Below are positions 25,414 to 39,441 of a stretch of 64,000 nt of DNA, one piece after another. The stretch is from contig OX597819.1 in the NCBI GenBank assembly GCA_951406725.2, forward strand, positions 107,570,001-107,634,000, read 5' to 3'. The notes beneath the pieces are model-generated. The model had not been told where the DNA came from and did no database searches. It saw nothing but the letters and a program-made list of their open reading frames with translations. Each line of letters opens with the position of its first letter. Within the stretch, counting starts at the first letter, position 1. The position numbers and the translations under genes are program-made. Source of the DNA: Octopus vulgaris (taxonomy: Eukaryota).

Positions 25414-27491
25414 TATAATAATTAAAAAGTGTATTCTCATTAAATCAAAAAAGCTCAAGCCCCATGCTATCAATAACATACAGGTATTGCAACAGCCTAA
25501 TTAGCTAATTTCAAGTTAGCAACTTTGGCCCGTCATAGTCGTTTGTTTATTTCACATTTCACCGAAGATCGGTCTAATTTCGATCTCTATTTTTTGTGCT
25601 TTATATCGACATTCTATTATATATGCAGAGAGTGTAAGCTTAATTTTAATTTTCCTTTTATTTTCACTCTTTTCGTTCCAAATTACATTGTATTGTCTTG
25701 CCAAATCACTTTAACTTTTCACAAAGCTGCAAATAAATTTTACTACTCTAATATCATTAAGTCTACGACAGAATGTATTTATCTTCATAAAGAACTTATT
25801 CGATGTGTCGCTAAGATAGATCTGCTGGCGGATTAATTTCCCAAAACATGACTTGAAATGCAATGTTCACCGTCATACAAACATTTACCAACCTTAATGT
25901 TTTACTTTGCCAAGCTAAAACTTTCCTATGAAATATCGTTATTCATAAACTTTGCGACAATTTCATGTACAATTCCATCAATACATACAAGAGATTTTTA
26001 GTTTCAAATTAAAACTTTAACAATTTCCAGGCACAGTATTATCACGCAGACTAGATACTATTTTGCTGTACTACGGCTGTTGACTTGGTCCTTGGTAAGA
26101 AACGTGCCCAGCATAAATTTCTTGGATTTAGGTTGTGCACTGCAACGCCTTTGTTTTCTGCTACAATCGTTTTGACAGCAATAACAGCGATAACAGTTAT
26201 ACCAGCTCTGCTAATATCATAGACGTACGGCCCATCGTAACTACTTAACCATTTGTCGTAGATTTAATTGGCTCTCTTTCACTTGTGCATCCAACAGAAA
26301 ACTCAGTGACCAACCATATCATTTCTTATAACTCCTACGGCTCCGACCTTACACCCCAGACATACACTAAACTATTAATTTTCGCTAAATTTTATTGAAT
26401 TTGAACATGACTTAACAACAAGCTTAAAGCTGATATAGAAAAAAAAATTGGAAAACTGTCTACGGATTAAATTGATATTTCCTCACAAATTCATCATATC
26501 CTAACCTATCTGTCGATTTACGTCCTGCACAGCCTTCATCTTAAACAACATCGAAGTTAATCTTAAAATGTCGAAACTCAAATATTTCAGCAGCTATACC
26601 TTAGAAAAACACTTCACACATTCACGACCCTTTCTAATTTGCAATTCTGAATCTTCCCAATCTATCATCTAACTACCTCATACACCTCAATTTGGACACC
26701 TGGAGGAACCCTACCTTATCGATTAGAACATATACACTAACCTAACAATCGAACATAACCTAACGATCGCCAAGGCTGCGTATTATGAAAATGCAAATGA
26801 CGTCCTACCTACACACCTAGAAAATACCACCAACACGACTAGCACAAACATCTGTAACTTTCTCAAAAAATTAAACGAAAAATATCAAACTTCTATTAAT
26901 CATCTCATTGTGACATATGAACCCGTTCCCAAGATAAAAATTAGTCCCGTCACCTTTAGCATAGAATTAACTTTATTTACAATGTGCCGGGTACGATCCT
27001 CACATTAATAAGACAGTTTCCCTGAATATGTCAACCTCGCCGTCTATAAACTTGATTCCACCTCACTCAAGCATGATAGATACACTTTTAGACAAGACGT
27101 CGTTTCTCTCAGTATTTCTGTACTTACTATCCGAGAGTGAACTTAGTGACCAACCCCATCATTTCTTACAACTCCTACAGCTCCGACCTTACACCACAGA
27201 CATAAACTATATTCTGAATATTGTTAACAACACGATTTCGATTTTGTTTGATCTATAAACAAGCATAGGAATTATCAGTAGGATTGAGTTCGTTGGATTA
27301 GAAGTCATCATGTATACGGATTAGTTTGATATTTCAGTGCGTTAAACTCCTGTCAACTGTGTGGCTTTTTCGACAACATATAGATGACAACCTCATCTTC
27401 GCTTCTTGCCGAAAGAATACAGACTGTATTGTATACCTAACCATAACGAGGAGCATGTAGATCACAAATTGGATCATCGCAGCTACACAAG

Positions 27492-27629
<138 letters not shown>

Positions 27630-27639
27630 TAATAATAAT

Positions 27640-28068
27640 AGGGAGTATATCCAAACTTACAGGGAAAAATTAGATTTAGGATTAAATCAAATTTCACAGT
27701 ATAAATATAAATTAAATTAGAGACAAAACCACTATCATGCAACTCGAACAGTGATAGACATAAACCAATACATAGATAACAAAAAATAAATATAATTGAT
27801 ATAATATATAATATATATATAAAATATAAAATTTAAAATCTAAATTTTTAATTTTTTTTTCATTTTTTAAAACTAACCAAAAAGTATTTAAAAAATAAAT
27901 ATAACATAAGTAAAAGTTTGAAAAATTAAAAAATTCAAATTTTAAATTTTATATTTTATATATATATCATATATTATATTAATTATATTTATTTTTTGTT
28001 ATTTATGTATTGATTTATGTCTATCACTGTTTGAGTTGCCTAATAGTAGTTTTATCTCTAATTTAATT

Positions 28069-28072
<4 letters not shown>
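27640..28072. repeat. AT-rich palindromic element between microsatellites
   Basis: 27705-27810 pairs with 27965-28072. The leading 27640-27700 segment recurs inverted at 40130-40198. Confidence 0.75.
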
Positions 28073-28102
<30 letters not shown>

Positions 28103-28880
28103 AACTTGGTACTCGGCTTACTAATATTACTACTATACTCCCGCTTATTATTATACCAAAAAGATCACCTCCTACAAACAGTCGTTGTTTCCATGACTTG
28201 CGTGAGAACATCAACTACATAATTTGGTTGTATAACTGTGCGTGTGTGAATGTGTGTGCGTGTGCGTGTGTGTGTGCGCGCGCATGCGTGCGTTTGTGTG
28301 TGTCTATGTATGTAGTAGGTTGACATGTTTAACTTTCACATACAAACACACATACACACAGGTGTAGTGGAGATTATTCTGGTTTCCAGGACGTTTAAAA
28401 AGCTGAAAGTGCAAGTCCCTGTCTTGTACGGAAAACTTGTTCAACATAGAGTTCGTCCCTATAACCGCTAGCAGCCATATCCAACTGGCTGGACTGCAAC
28501 AACATTTTTAAACACAATGCGCTACCCGGTCCAGAATCGAAACAACAACCTGACGATTGGGAGGAAAACACTATAACCTGTAGTCCACACACCTCTTCAA
28601 ACACACACACCACACAGCACGCATGTATGCATGTACATACAAACACACACACACACACGTATATATATATGTATATATATATGTATCTATGTATGTATGT
28701 ATGTATGTATGTATATACGTATGTATGTATATGTATGTATGTACGTATGTATGTATGCAAGCATGCAAAAGTTATGTTAGACTTTTCTCCCGGGGTGTCT
28801 CTGTGTGTATATTACGTGTGTGTGAATCTGTGAGCGTGGGATCTCTGTGCGTATATGTGCTTACATGTGTATACATACTT

Positions 28881-28924
<44 letters not shown>

Positions 28925-31041
28925 TACACACCCTCATACACACGTATATTTTCGTTTGACATGAAGTTTCTGTTGATTGTAATTATAACGTTTCCGTTAT
29001 CCAACGCATTGCGTGAACTTCGTTCTTAAGACAAATATCGATTTTTCTATCTTTTACCTGATTACTATTTATCCATAATCAGTGAATTTTCCATTTACCC
29101 TAATAGATGTAAATACATCGAGATACTGCTTGCATTGCTTTTGTCCGGTGGGAGCAGTGCCAACATAATGTAATTAAGAAGCATTTTCGTCAACCAGATA
29201 ATAATAGACCACCTGCTGGTTACAAAACCCACAAGAAATAGTAGCCAAATCGTCATAAAATATAAATATACCATTACAAAGAAAAAAACCTTTATAACTA
29301 ATAAGTACGTGTGTATGCATACATGTAAGTATATGCATGTGTATGTGTGTATGTGTGCGTGTGTGAATGAAAATCTCAACACTCAGAGGGGTTAACAAAC
29401 AAATTAGTATTCAACACATTTAGGTGGAGTCGTAAGTTATTAAAGAGAGATTAACTCATCTTTACATTACATAAAGTTCTGTAGGCGCAGAATGTATCTA
29501 CAGTCAGATGAATGGAATCATATTGGAGAGAATTTATAAGAAATTTAAGCAACAGCATCAGTTAACTGAAATGAATAGCAATCTAGTGCTGGCGCAGCCT
29601 CCTTTCTTCCTGAGTCATATATTCTCCATGAACTTATGTATTTATGATTGCATGTAATTACACAGACGCTTCAGAGCATAAGTGTAAGCATGGTAAAAGT
29701 TACCATATTATATTTGCTTTACGGCGTACACATGCACACACAAACACACACAAGCACACACACATACACACACACATACACACGCAGACACACAGACATA
29801 CAAAAACACACTACAGTAGAAAAGTAATCCAATGAATGAGTTTCTATGATTGAGGTAATGAAGCTATAATACGTCAAAAGTTTTTCGTTGATATGTGATT
29901 GTTTTTGTAAAAAGAAATCTCACTGTGCTATCATGTTAAGCAAAATACTTCGTTATAAGCAATTAAGGCAAACTAAAATACGTGTATACATGTAATACAC
30001 ACTCTAATGAGAGGGTTATTAAAGAAATAAACGTCCCACACTCCAACTTATCACTGCTCTATGCAGTCGGTCGAACTGCTAGGAATAGCAACTAAATCCA
30101 TTCATATTAGACCTTCCGCTGTCCTAAAATGAATGAAGCTTAAGAAATTGTGCTCATCAACCTTCAAAGAAAGCTCAATATCTTTGATCCTAATTCCTAT
30201 TTGGGGTGTCTTAGACAGCATCTAGATTATTTCAGATAAGGGTTGTTCTGTGTCAGAATCATTGATTCTAATACTTAGCGGATTTCAGCATCATAATGAG
30301 ATGACACAGGATAGAAATGTTTCAAATTCTAGTTAGAAAATTTCGTTTAATTTTATTTGGAATAAATTTGTGGTCACAAATGTTAGTTACGAGCGTCCTT
30401 GATTAGGGATTTTATCAGTCAGAATCACCTCCTCTGGCGCACCAAAGTAATCCTGATATACAAAATAAGGAGATGGCCACAGGTGGAATGAATTTTATAA
30501 GTCTATTCATATTAAATTATTTAAGGAAAAATCTGCTTTAGGAGTCATTCCAGTTCAAAATACCAGATTATAAATGTTAGATTTAAATTTATCCACTAGG
30601 CCAGCAAATTTGGAGCAGGAGCTAAGTGGGTTACATCGACCACTGAGCTCAACAGCGACTTGTTTTATCGAATCTAAAAGGGAAGAAAATCAAGGTCATT
30701 CTCCGCAACAATTCAAATTTAAAACGTAGAAACGGACGAAATGCCGGTTTATACTTGCCCGAAGGGCTAACGATTCTACCAGCTCACCACCTTCAACTGG
30801 CTCATTAAAGAAAATGAACAGTCGTCATCAGTAGAGCAAAATAGATATGCTGTCAGTTAAAGAGTAGAAACATGTCTGTATGGTTCTGGTGTCGATTTTC
30901 CGACATGATTTGGTGCGGGTTTGGAAGTCTGCATAGCATTTGAATCATTTTATCTGGTAAGACTTTACCAATAATATTTCTTGGAAGAATATTTATGATT
31001 ATCCGTTATTAATATATATATGTGTATATACATATATATAC

Positions 31042-31112
<71 letters not shown>

Positions 31113-31416
31113 CATATATACACACATATATATATACATATATGTATATATTACATATATACATTCACATATACGTATACTTTATATATATATGTATGGA
31201 TGCATATATGTATATGAAACAACAAGTCAGGATAGAAAATGCTAAAATAATTTTATAAAGAACATTTCAGTTCCGGTTTCAGTCTGTAACAATTAAATAA
31301 TTAAATTTAGAAAAATTAAAAGAAAAGTTTTTTTTAAAGAATATTTGTATAGTGTTCAAATATAAGTGGCATTTTCGTTGTTTCTGCCTGTCTCTGTCTC
31401 TCTTGTTTACTCTTGT

Positions 31417-31473
<57 letters not shown>

Positions 31474-31562
31474 AAGAAAATACAAAATGGGACAAGAACG
31501 CAAAACATTGGGACAATTAGGTGATACAAAAATGGGACAACAAAACATCCAGATAGCAGTAG

Positions 31563-31797
31563 TCTTGTTGGTGTCTCACTGAACTGCGCCGCGCACATGA
31601 TAATTAAGGGGGTTACAGTCTGGGGAGTTAGATGGCCAGATCATAGGAGTGATGTGGTGGCAGAAATTGTCTGACGGCCATGACTGAGTTGTCCTGCTTG
31701 GGTGGCGTGGTGTAGAGTCCTGTTGCCAGACATAGGCGCTTCCAGCAGTCACTCTTTTGACCCATGGCAGCACTACCTCCTCCAGATACTTGATGTG
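31563..31797 (-). pseudogene. Tc1/mariner-superfamily (maT/DD37D-like) transposase fragment
   Basis: VLPWVKRVTAGSAYVWQQDSTPRH...IWPSNSPDCNPLNY. Confidence 0.75.
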
Positions 31798-32672
31798 TGT
31801 GTGTATTATTTTAGATACCAAATTTAGGTGCTCAGAAATCATCTTTTCTGTTGAAATAGGCCACGACGTAGTTTACTGGGTTTATTCTCTGCGGGCTCGT
31901 GTTTCTATTGATGCCTACATGGTGATTTCTGCTAAATGATTTAATTGGTTATGGATATATAATAGAATGTTTGTTTTATGTTTGTTTTTTGAATGGTTTC
32001 GTTCTATATTGAGCTCATTACACACGTGGTTTAGACCTGTAGGCTACACTCTGATTTAAAAACTATAAAATTCACACATAATTTATTTATAATCGCAGAC
32101 ACAGAGAAGGAATTAATGAGTTGTGCAAAGATACAACGATAAATAATGGTATAGCAAATACCTACAAACAACAAGTATACTGAAATTAACGCATAACCAC
32201 GCAGATAGAAGGAAAACATAAAATCCTAAACAAAACTGTGCGTGTCCGTTTTTGGTGTATGTTTGCGATTCCGTGTAGATGTGAGAAAGAGATAGAATGT
32301 GTGTATGTGTGTGTGTGTGTGTGTGTGTGTTGTTACACGTTTTCTTGAAACTAAAACGTCAAGAACATTAATTGAAGTAATCAATAAAAACAAGGAAGTG
32401 CTAATCTTATTATGAGGAAAAATGCAGGTGACTTTAATGTTTTGCTAAGAGTGACTTGTCAAACAGTAAAGGTGTGATATTACAACTGATATATGATGAA
32501 TAGAAAGTAATGTAAGGGAGGTGAGTTTGTGAATAAGGAGAGGGATTTAAAAAAGTAAGCGTAGGTTCTAGAAGCGAGGAAATAAATTTTCATAACATTA
32601 CGTCACTAATGGAACAAGTTTAGTATAAGCTGAGGGAAATTTTCTGAACATGGTAGCAGGCATGATGAGATG

Positions 32673-32768
<96 letters not shown>

Positions 32769-33009
32769 TACATTATTCGGATTAATTATAAAATTATAAC
32801 ATTTTAAAATTAAGAGCACAAGTGAAAAGTTAAATGCTAGTAATAGCATACGGAATGCATACACAGTAAACACACATGCATGCACACACACACACACACA
32901 TAACGTACTTAGTACAGTGAATAAACCGTCGTCTAAATTTTAACAGATATATTTATCGAAATTACATTAAAATATCTTGAAATGCTAAATTTAATCAATA
33001 AAATCGCTG

Positions 33010-33620
33010 TTGGCTTCAACCATGGCCTCCAGACTACTTCACAATCTCCTGCAACTCTTCTGGGTGGTTTTCTTGTTTAAGTTGGTGAACGCTGCCAAAA
33101 CCTTGCCTTCAGTTCCTCTTTTGTGTTACAAGGAATGTTGTTGGTGTCTCACTGAACTGCGCCGCACACATGATAATCAATGTATTTATATATATATATA
33201 TACAAAATGGGACAAGAACGCAAAACATTGGCACAGTTAGGTGATACAAAAATGGGATGACAAAACATCCGCACACATGATAATCAAGGGGGTTACAGTC
33301 TGGGGAGTTAGATGGCCAGATCATAGGAGTGATGTGGTGGCAGAATTTGTCTGACAGCCATGACTGAGTTGTCCTGCTTGTGTGGCATGGTGTAGAGTCA
33401 TGTTGCCAGACATAGACGCTTCCAGCAGCCACCCTTTTGACCCATGGCAGCACTGCCTCCTCCAGATACTTGATGTAGGTCTTGTGTTGAGTCTGAGGTC
33501 GTGCGGGAAGATGAATGGAGCCATAACGTTGCTATCACTAGTGATTACTCCAAAACACCGTGATGGCGACTGGATTTTTATCACTCTCAGCACATATTTT
33601 GGGGGCACAGCAAGTCTCAC
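33010..33620 (-). pseudogene. Tc1/mariner-superfamily (maT/DD37D-like) transposase fragment, interrupted at 33181-33268
   Basis: FGVITSDSNVMAPFIFPHDLRLNT and LPWVKRVAAGSVYVWQHDSTPCHTSRTTQSWLSDKF...WPSNSPDCNPLDY. Confidence 0.8.
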
Positions 33621-35055
33621 TGACAGTCAATCACTCTGAAATGTTCGTATTGTAGCTTCCGGCGTGAATGTACGTACATGCATACATACATACATATATA
33701 TTTATAAATCATTAAGCACATAAGCACACACGCATATATATATATGCGTGTGTGTGTGAAATTACACACCATGCATATACATGCATATATATGTGTGTTT
33801 GGGTGAGCATTATATATATATATATATATATAATTATGTAAGTATGTATAGACAAACAGACAAACAGAGACACAGACATACACAGACGCACAGACAGACA
33901 GACAGACAGACTGACAGGCAGGCTGGCAGGCAGCCAGGTAGGGTGGTAGGTAGGTAGGTAGGTAGGTAGGTAGGTAGGTAGGTAGGTAGGTAGTCACATG
34001 AGTGTGTGTATAATTTTGAAATGCGTAGAAGTTTCGAATGGCAATTATTAAGTAGCAACGAAAGGAAGGAAACATATTTCGCGTTAAGATTGATGAAGAG
34101 AATTTACTCCACATCCATAAGTATTTCCTGTATTCCTTATTTTGGCAAGTTAGGTTTGGAAATCTGCATAGTAGAGCCTACCTTGAATTCCAGGCATGGA
34201 CAAATAGAAAAAAACACAAGTATATAATTTCAAGTAATTTGCTAGAGTAGCGCAGTTTATTTTCTGAAACATCAATCTGACATTTCCGCGTGAGGAAATG
34301 TCACTAAGAAGGAATAATAGCATGTATAAGATAAATTACCATATACAACAAATTGTTACTTACCTATTGATTTTAATATCAGATTTCACCAAACCAATTT
34401 ATAACTTGTTAAACCTGTACTTGTGTCGACCGCATCAATTACATAGCCACAGGTACATTTGTACTTTGCATTAAATACTGTCACTGTCAGCATGAGATCT
34501 TGACGAATTTTTTTTTATCATTGGTTTGTTTGTTCTACCAAAATCGACACAGGGCCATGCAATAAAAAGTATAGCCACGAATACTGACGACTATGATATA
34601 CACGAGTTTAGAGGGAAACTTTAGGCAGTTGTTTTACCTTCCACATTTAGCATTAAACCCTTGTCAAATCATATCTCTCCGTTTTAAAAAGACTGGGGTG
34701 CACTGGATAATGTAGTCCGGGGTATTATTACGCCGCAAATCAAGGATAAAAACAATGATGCATATGGTTGCAACGCTTTATATCTGATATGGCTTGGATC
34801 TAGACTACAACAACAATACACACTCTATATTAAATTTTATTTTTATATCTAATCAGGAGAGAAGGAGGCTACTAAGGCCTTTTACCTGTCTCCTGAAATT
34901 GGTGGGAGGAAATGGCAAAACTGACCCGAATGCTTGCAAAATATTGGATTCCACGAAAGCAAGTCAAGGTATCAAGTGGTAATGTTAAATCAGGCGCAGG
35001 ATAATATTTAAATATATCCAAGTCTTCTATATGGAAGCATAATATAAATATATAT

Positions 35056-35467
35056 TTCGTTTTTGCCCACAAGGGGCTAAACATAGAGGGGACAAACAAA
35101 GACAGACAAAGTGATTAAGTCGATTAGATCGACCCTAGTGCGTAACTGGTACTATATTTATTGACCTCGAAAGGATGAAAGGCAAAGTCGACCTCGGCGG
35201 AATTTGAACTCAGAAAGTAACGGCAGACTAAATACCTATTTCTTTACTACCCACTAGGGGCTAAACACAGAGGGGACAAACAAGGCCAGACAAACGGATT
35301 AAGTCGACTACATCGATCTCCAGTGCGTAACTGGTACTGAGTTTATCGACCCCGAAAGGATGAAAGGTAAAGTCGACCCGGCGGAATTTGAACTCAGAAC
35401 GTAACGACAGACAAAATACCGCTCAGCTTTTCGCTCAGCGCGCTAACGTTTCTGCCAGCTCGCCGCC
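35056..35467 (-). mobile_element. Two tandem family C SINE copies (the left copy lacks the head)
   Basis: The body ggggctaaaca...gaaaggatgaaagg...gaatttgaactcaga appears twice. Confidence 0.8.
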
Positions 35468-36753
35468 TTTATATAAATATATTTATATTTATAATATAAT
35501 ATAAATACATTTATATATAGCATGTTGAGCTTAATTTATACTAGATAATTACTCTAAATGCAGATTAACTTCATTTGCACACGAAGTTTGCTAGAAATAG
35601 CCACCAAATATTAGACCGTGTAGTCCAAGGTTCACTGTGTCTGAAAAGTTATGAAATTACTATAACTGGAATACATTAATCATATCTCATTGTGTTCAAC
35701 GTTTTTTTGATGTCCTGTACCCATATATGCATGTATAAATATGTATGTGTGTGTGTAAGTGTGTACATATGTGTATGTATATATACATATATTTATATAT
35801 TATTTATATTATTATGATCGAACGTCACGCATCCTTTTCCAAGTATATATAATTTTTCATTATCGAATTGATAAAAGGTGACTTTTTCTAATTTATATAT
35901 ATATATAAATTAGCAGATGGGGGAAATCTCCCCCAACGAAGCTTCTCACTATATATAAATGTGTGTGTGTGTCCGTGCGTGTGTGTCCGTGCGTGTGTGT
36001 CCGTGCGTGTGTGTGCGCGCGTGCACGCATTTATATATCGCCGGCTGTAATTTAAAGGAGCGTTTGTTAGTATTTCTAGCAAGTCAAGCATTTAAGAAAA
36101 TCCTTAGATGTCATCCGATAAATTACATAGGTTGATAAATATTTCCTCAACATTTAACATTGCGTTTATAATCTTCTCGTGTTTTACCTCCCATAAAGAA
36201 ATCAGATAACCCATGAAGCGATACTGAAATAGCAAATTAGTATACAATTATTTATGTACTTGTCCATTTTTTTTTTCTAAGTATTATGTTGCTACTCCAC
36301 AATTTTATCCAAGCTTACGCAGCGTGTAACACAAGAAAAAAGATTTATTGATATTACTTCGTTTATGCATACAGGCATACATGAGTGTATGTACTTGTGT
36401 ATATATATATTGTGTGTGTGTGTGTGCGTGTGTGTAGGTGTTTATTATCTATGTTAAATTTGTATAATGTTTAGATAGTTCCTTACGAATACATTAGTAT
36501 GCAACCGTGCATGTTTTACGCAGGTGAACTGCACCATAATTAGATATGTCGCCTTGTTATAAACTGTAATTACATACGAACGAATAGCAAGCTGACCAGC
36601 CCTGTCTCCATGTTTTATGCATGCATATGCATGTATACACACGTACACACACAAACGTACATCCGCACGCGCACACATATCTGAGTGCTATTTTCAGCAC
36701 CTTGTTTTATAGCTATATGCTCGCATGTATGTATGTATATATTAATATATATA

Positions 36754-36957
36754 CTCTTTTACTTGTTTCAGTCATTTGACTGTGGCCATGCTTTAGTCGA
36801 GAAAATCAACCCCAGGACTTATTTTTTGTAAGCCTAGTACATATTCTATCGGTCTCTTTTGCCGAACCGCTAAGTTACGGGGACGTAAACACACCGGCGT
36901 CGGTTGCCATGCGATGTTGGGGGTACAAATACAGACACACAAACATATACACTCACT

Positions 36958-37029
<72 letters not shown>

Positions 37030-37195
37030 CATATATACTTCAGGGTAGTTCTTTCAGTTTCCGTCTGCCAAATCCACTCACTTTGGCCCGAGGCTATGGT
37101 AGAAGACGCTTACACAAGATGCCACGCAGTGGGACTGAACCCGGAACCATGTGGTTCGTAAGCAAGCTACTTACCACACAGCCACTGGTACGCCT
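36754..37195 (-). mobile_element. Family A SINE with an expanded internal (TA)n
   Basis: Matches 10155-10571. Confidence 0.8.
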
Positions 37196-37233
37196 ATAAA
37201 AATGATTTTCATTCAAAGAAATCAAAGAACAAG

Positions 37234-37305
37234 TTCCCATGCCGAGAATCGAACCCGGGCCGCCTGGGTGAAAGCTAGGGATCCTATCCACTAGTCCACA
37301 TGGGA
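37234..37305 (-). tRNA. tRNA-Glu(TTC) gene or pseudogene
   Basis: TCCCATGTGGACTAGTGGATAGGATCCCTAGCTTTCACCCAGGCGGCCCGGGTTCGATTCTCGGCATGGGAA: 72 nt, perfect acceptor stem, TTC anticodon, but an A-C mismatch in the anticodon stem. Confidence 0.7.
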
Positions 37306-37313
37306 TATGTATG

Positions 37314-37386
<73 letters not shown>

Positions 37387-38061
37387 ATGTATATATATAT
37401 ATATATATATATTTCAACAATTGAGGGTAAAATTAATTAATTATTAATTAATTTCACCAAGTATTCAGTATGTAAAGGGACCATTTAAGGCAAATCCAAT
37501 TCAAATTATTACATTATATAAAAGGGCTTAGTAAAATAAATTACTTTTGCCACATACTGAACTCATTAGAAATAGTAGCTAAAAAAACTTTTTAAAAATA
37601 CTTTTTGTAAAACTATTTCTAATACTTAAAGAAAATCTCTCTCATATAGTGTTTGCTCAATTCAACTCAGACGGTTTGCGTGAATATATATATATATATA
37701 TATATACGTCTGTATATGTATGTATGGCGTTTACGCGCATCCTTTTGTGTATGTTGATATATATATGTGGATTTTAATATAAATATGTATTGCAGTATTT
37801 ATAACAGGTTTAATTTCTATGCATTAATTTGTACTGTCTTCATTAACGGCAACAGGTTTTTTCCTCGGTATTTTCCTCGGATTTTATAATTTTTATAAGT
37901 TTTTATATATATATACATATATTTTTGACCTTTTTGTTTATCGCTCGAAGATTGACCGTTTTTTTCTAAAGGGCCAATCAAACAAGTCCATTTCTTTTTA
38001 AAGGTGTAGCGTTTGTAAGAGTATAGATTGAATTAATATATATGTTCCATTCTAGCAAAAA

Positions 38062-38099
38062 CTGTCTGATGAACGGCAACGAGAAACTCAGAGTAACAG
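38062..38099 (+). ncRNA. Type I hammerhead ribozyme, canonical core
   Basis: ctgt-CTGATGA-acg gcaa cga-GAAA-ctc a gag-TA-acag; GUA cleavage triplet; lies in a module (37671-38133) ending in (TA)n. Confidence 0.85.
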
Positions 38100-38357
38100 A
38101 TTTTGTTGATTTTTCTGCTGCTTAAAATAAAGTATATATATATATATATATATATACATATATACTTCAGGGTTCTTTCAGTTTCCGTCTGCCAAATCCA
38201 CTCACTTTGACCCGAGGCTATGGTAGAAGACGCTTACACAAGATGCCACGCAGTGGGACTGAACCCGGAACCATGTGGTTCGTAAGCAAGCTACTTACCA
38301 CACAGCCACTGGTACGCCTATAAAAATGATTTTCATTCAAAGAAATCAAAGAACAAG

Positions 38358-38429
38358 TTCCCATGCCGAGAATCGAACCCGGGCCGCCTGGGTGAAAGCT
38401 AGGGATCCTATCCACTAGTCCACATGGGA
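38358..38429 (-). tRNA. tRNA-Glu(TTC) gene or pseudogene, duplicate copy
   Basis: Identical to 37234-37305. Confidence 0.7.
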
Positions 38430-38437
38430 TATGTATG

Positions 38438-38532
<95 letters not shown>

Positions 38533-38830
38533 ATATTTCAACAATTGAGGGTAAAATTAATTAATTATTAATTAATTTCACCAAGTATTCAGTATGTAAA
38601 GGGACCATTTAAGGCGAATTCAAATTATTACATTATATAAAAGGGCTTAGTAAAATAAATTACTTTGCCACATACTGAACTCATTAGAAATAGTAGCTAA
38701 AAAAACTTTTAAAACTTTTTTAAAACTATTTCTAATACTTAAAGAAAATCTCTCTCATATAGTGTTTGCTCAATTCAACTCACGAAAGTATGGGGGTAAA
38801 GACATTAAAAAATCAAATGCAAAGGTTATT

Positions 38831-38882
38831 TGAGAACGTACGTTTCAAGATTAGTCAACTCGACATTTCTATCATCAGCTCA
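38831..38882 (-). ncRNA. Type I hammerhead ribozyme, canonical core
   Basis: Minus strand tgag-CTGATGA-taga aat gtc gagtt gac taa tctt-GAAA-cgtacg-TT-ctca; palindromic CGTACG stem III. Confidence 0.85.
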
Positions 38883-39389
38883 GAACTCCTTGGTTTGGAT
38901 TTGAAAACACTGAAAGCGGGAGCATACCCTTTCGGCTTCTTATCGCTTCTGAAGATCTGCTCGAAACTAACAGTGCCAGCAAACCCAAAATATGCAAGCG
39001 AAGAATTTCTGCTCTCCCCTTTCCACCAGCGTGGGTTAAAATCAGTAAACACTATGCTTTTTCGGTAAAATCCGAAGCATTAAATAGAGAGAGATGAATT
39101 ATAATTTCAACAATTGAGGGTAAAATTAATTAATTATTAATCAATTTCACCAAGTATTCAGTATGTAAAGGGACCATTTAAGGCGAATTCAAATTATTAC
39201 ATTATATAAAAGGGCTTAGTAAAATAAATTACTTTGCCACATACTGAACTCATTAGAAATAGTAGCTAAAAAACTTTTTTAAAACTATTTCTAATACTTA
39301 AAGAAAATCTCTCTCATATAGTGTTTGCTCAATTCAACTCACGAAAGTATGGGGGTAAAGACATTAAAAAATCAAATGCAAAGGTTATT

Positions 39390-39441
39390 TGAGAACGTAC
39401 GTTTCAAGATTAGTCAACTCGACATTTCTATCATCAGCTCA
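39390..39441 (-). ncRNA. Type I hammerhead ribozyme (second tandem unit)
   Basis: Identical to 38831-38882, 559 nt away. Confidence 0.85.

Larger units (their letters stand above)
37024..38781 (+). repeat. Direct duplication ~37024-37670 / ~38150-38781 flanking an HHR module
   Basis: SINE head + tRNA-Glu + (TA)n + retrozyme end are repeated; both copies yield the same 108-aa spurious ORF. Confidence 0.9.
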
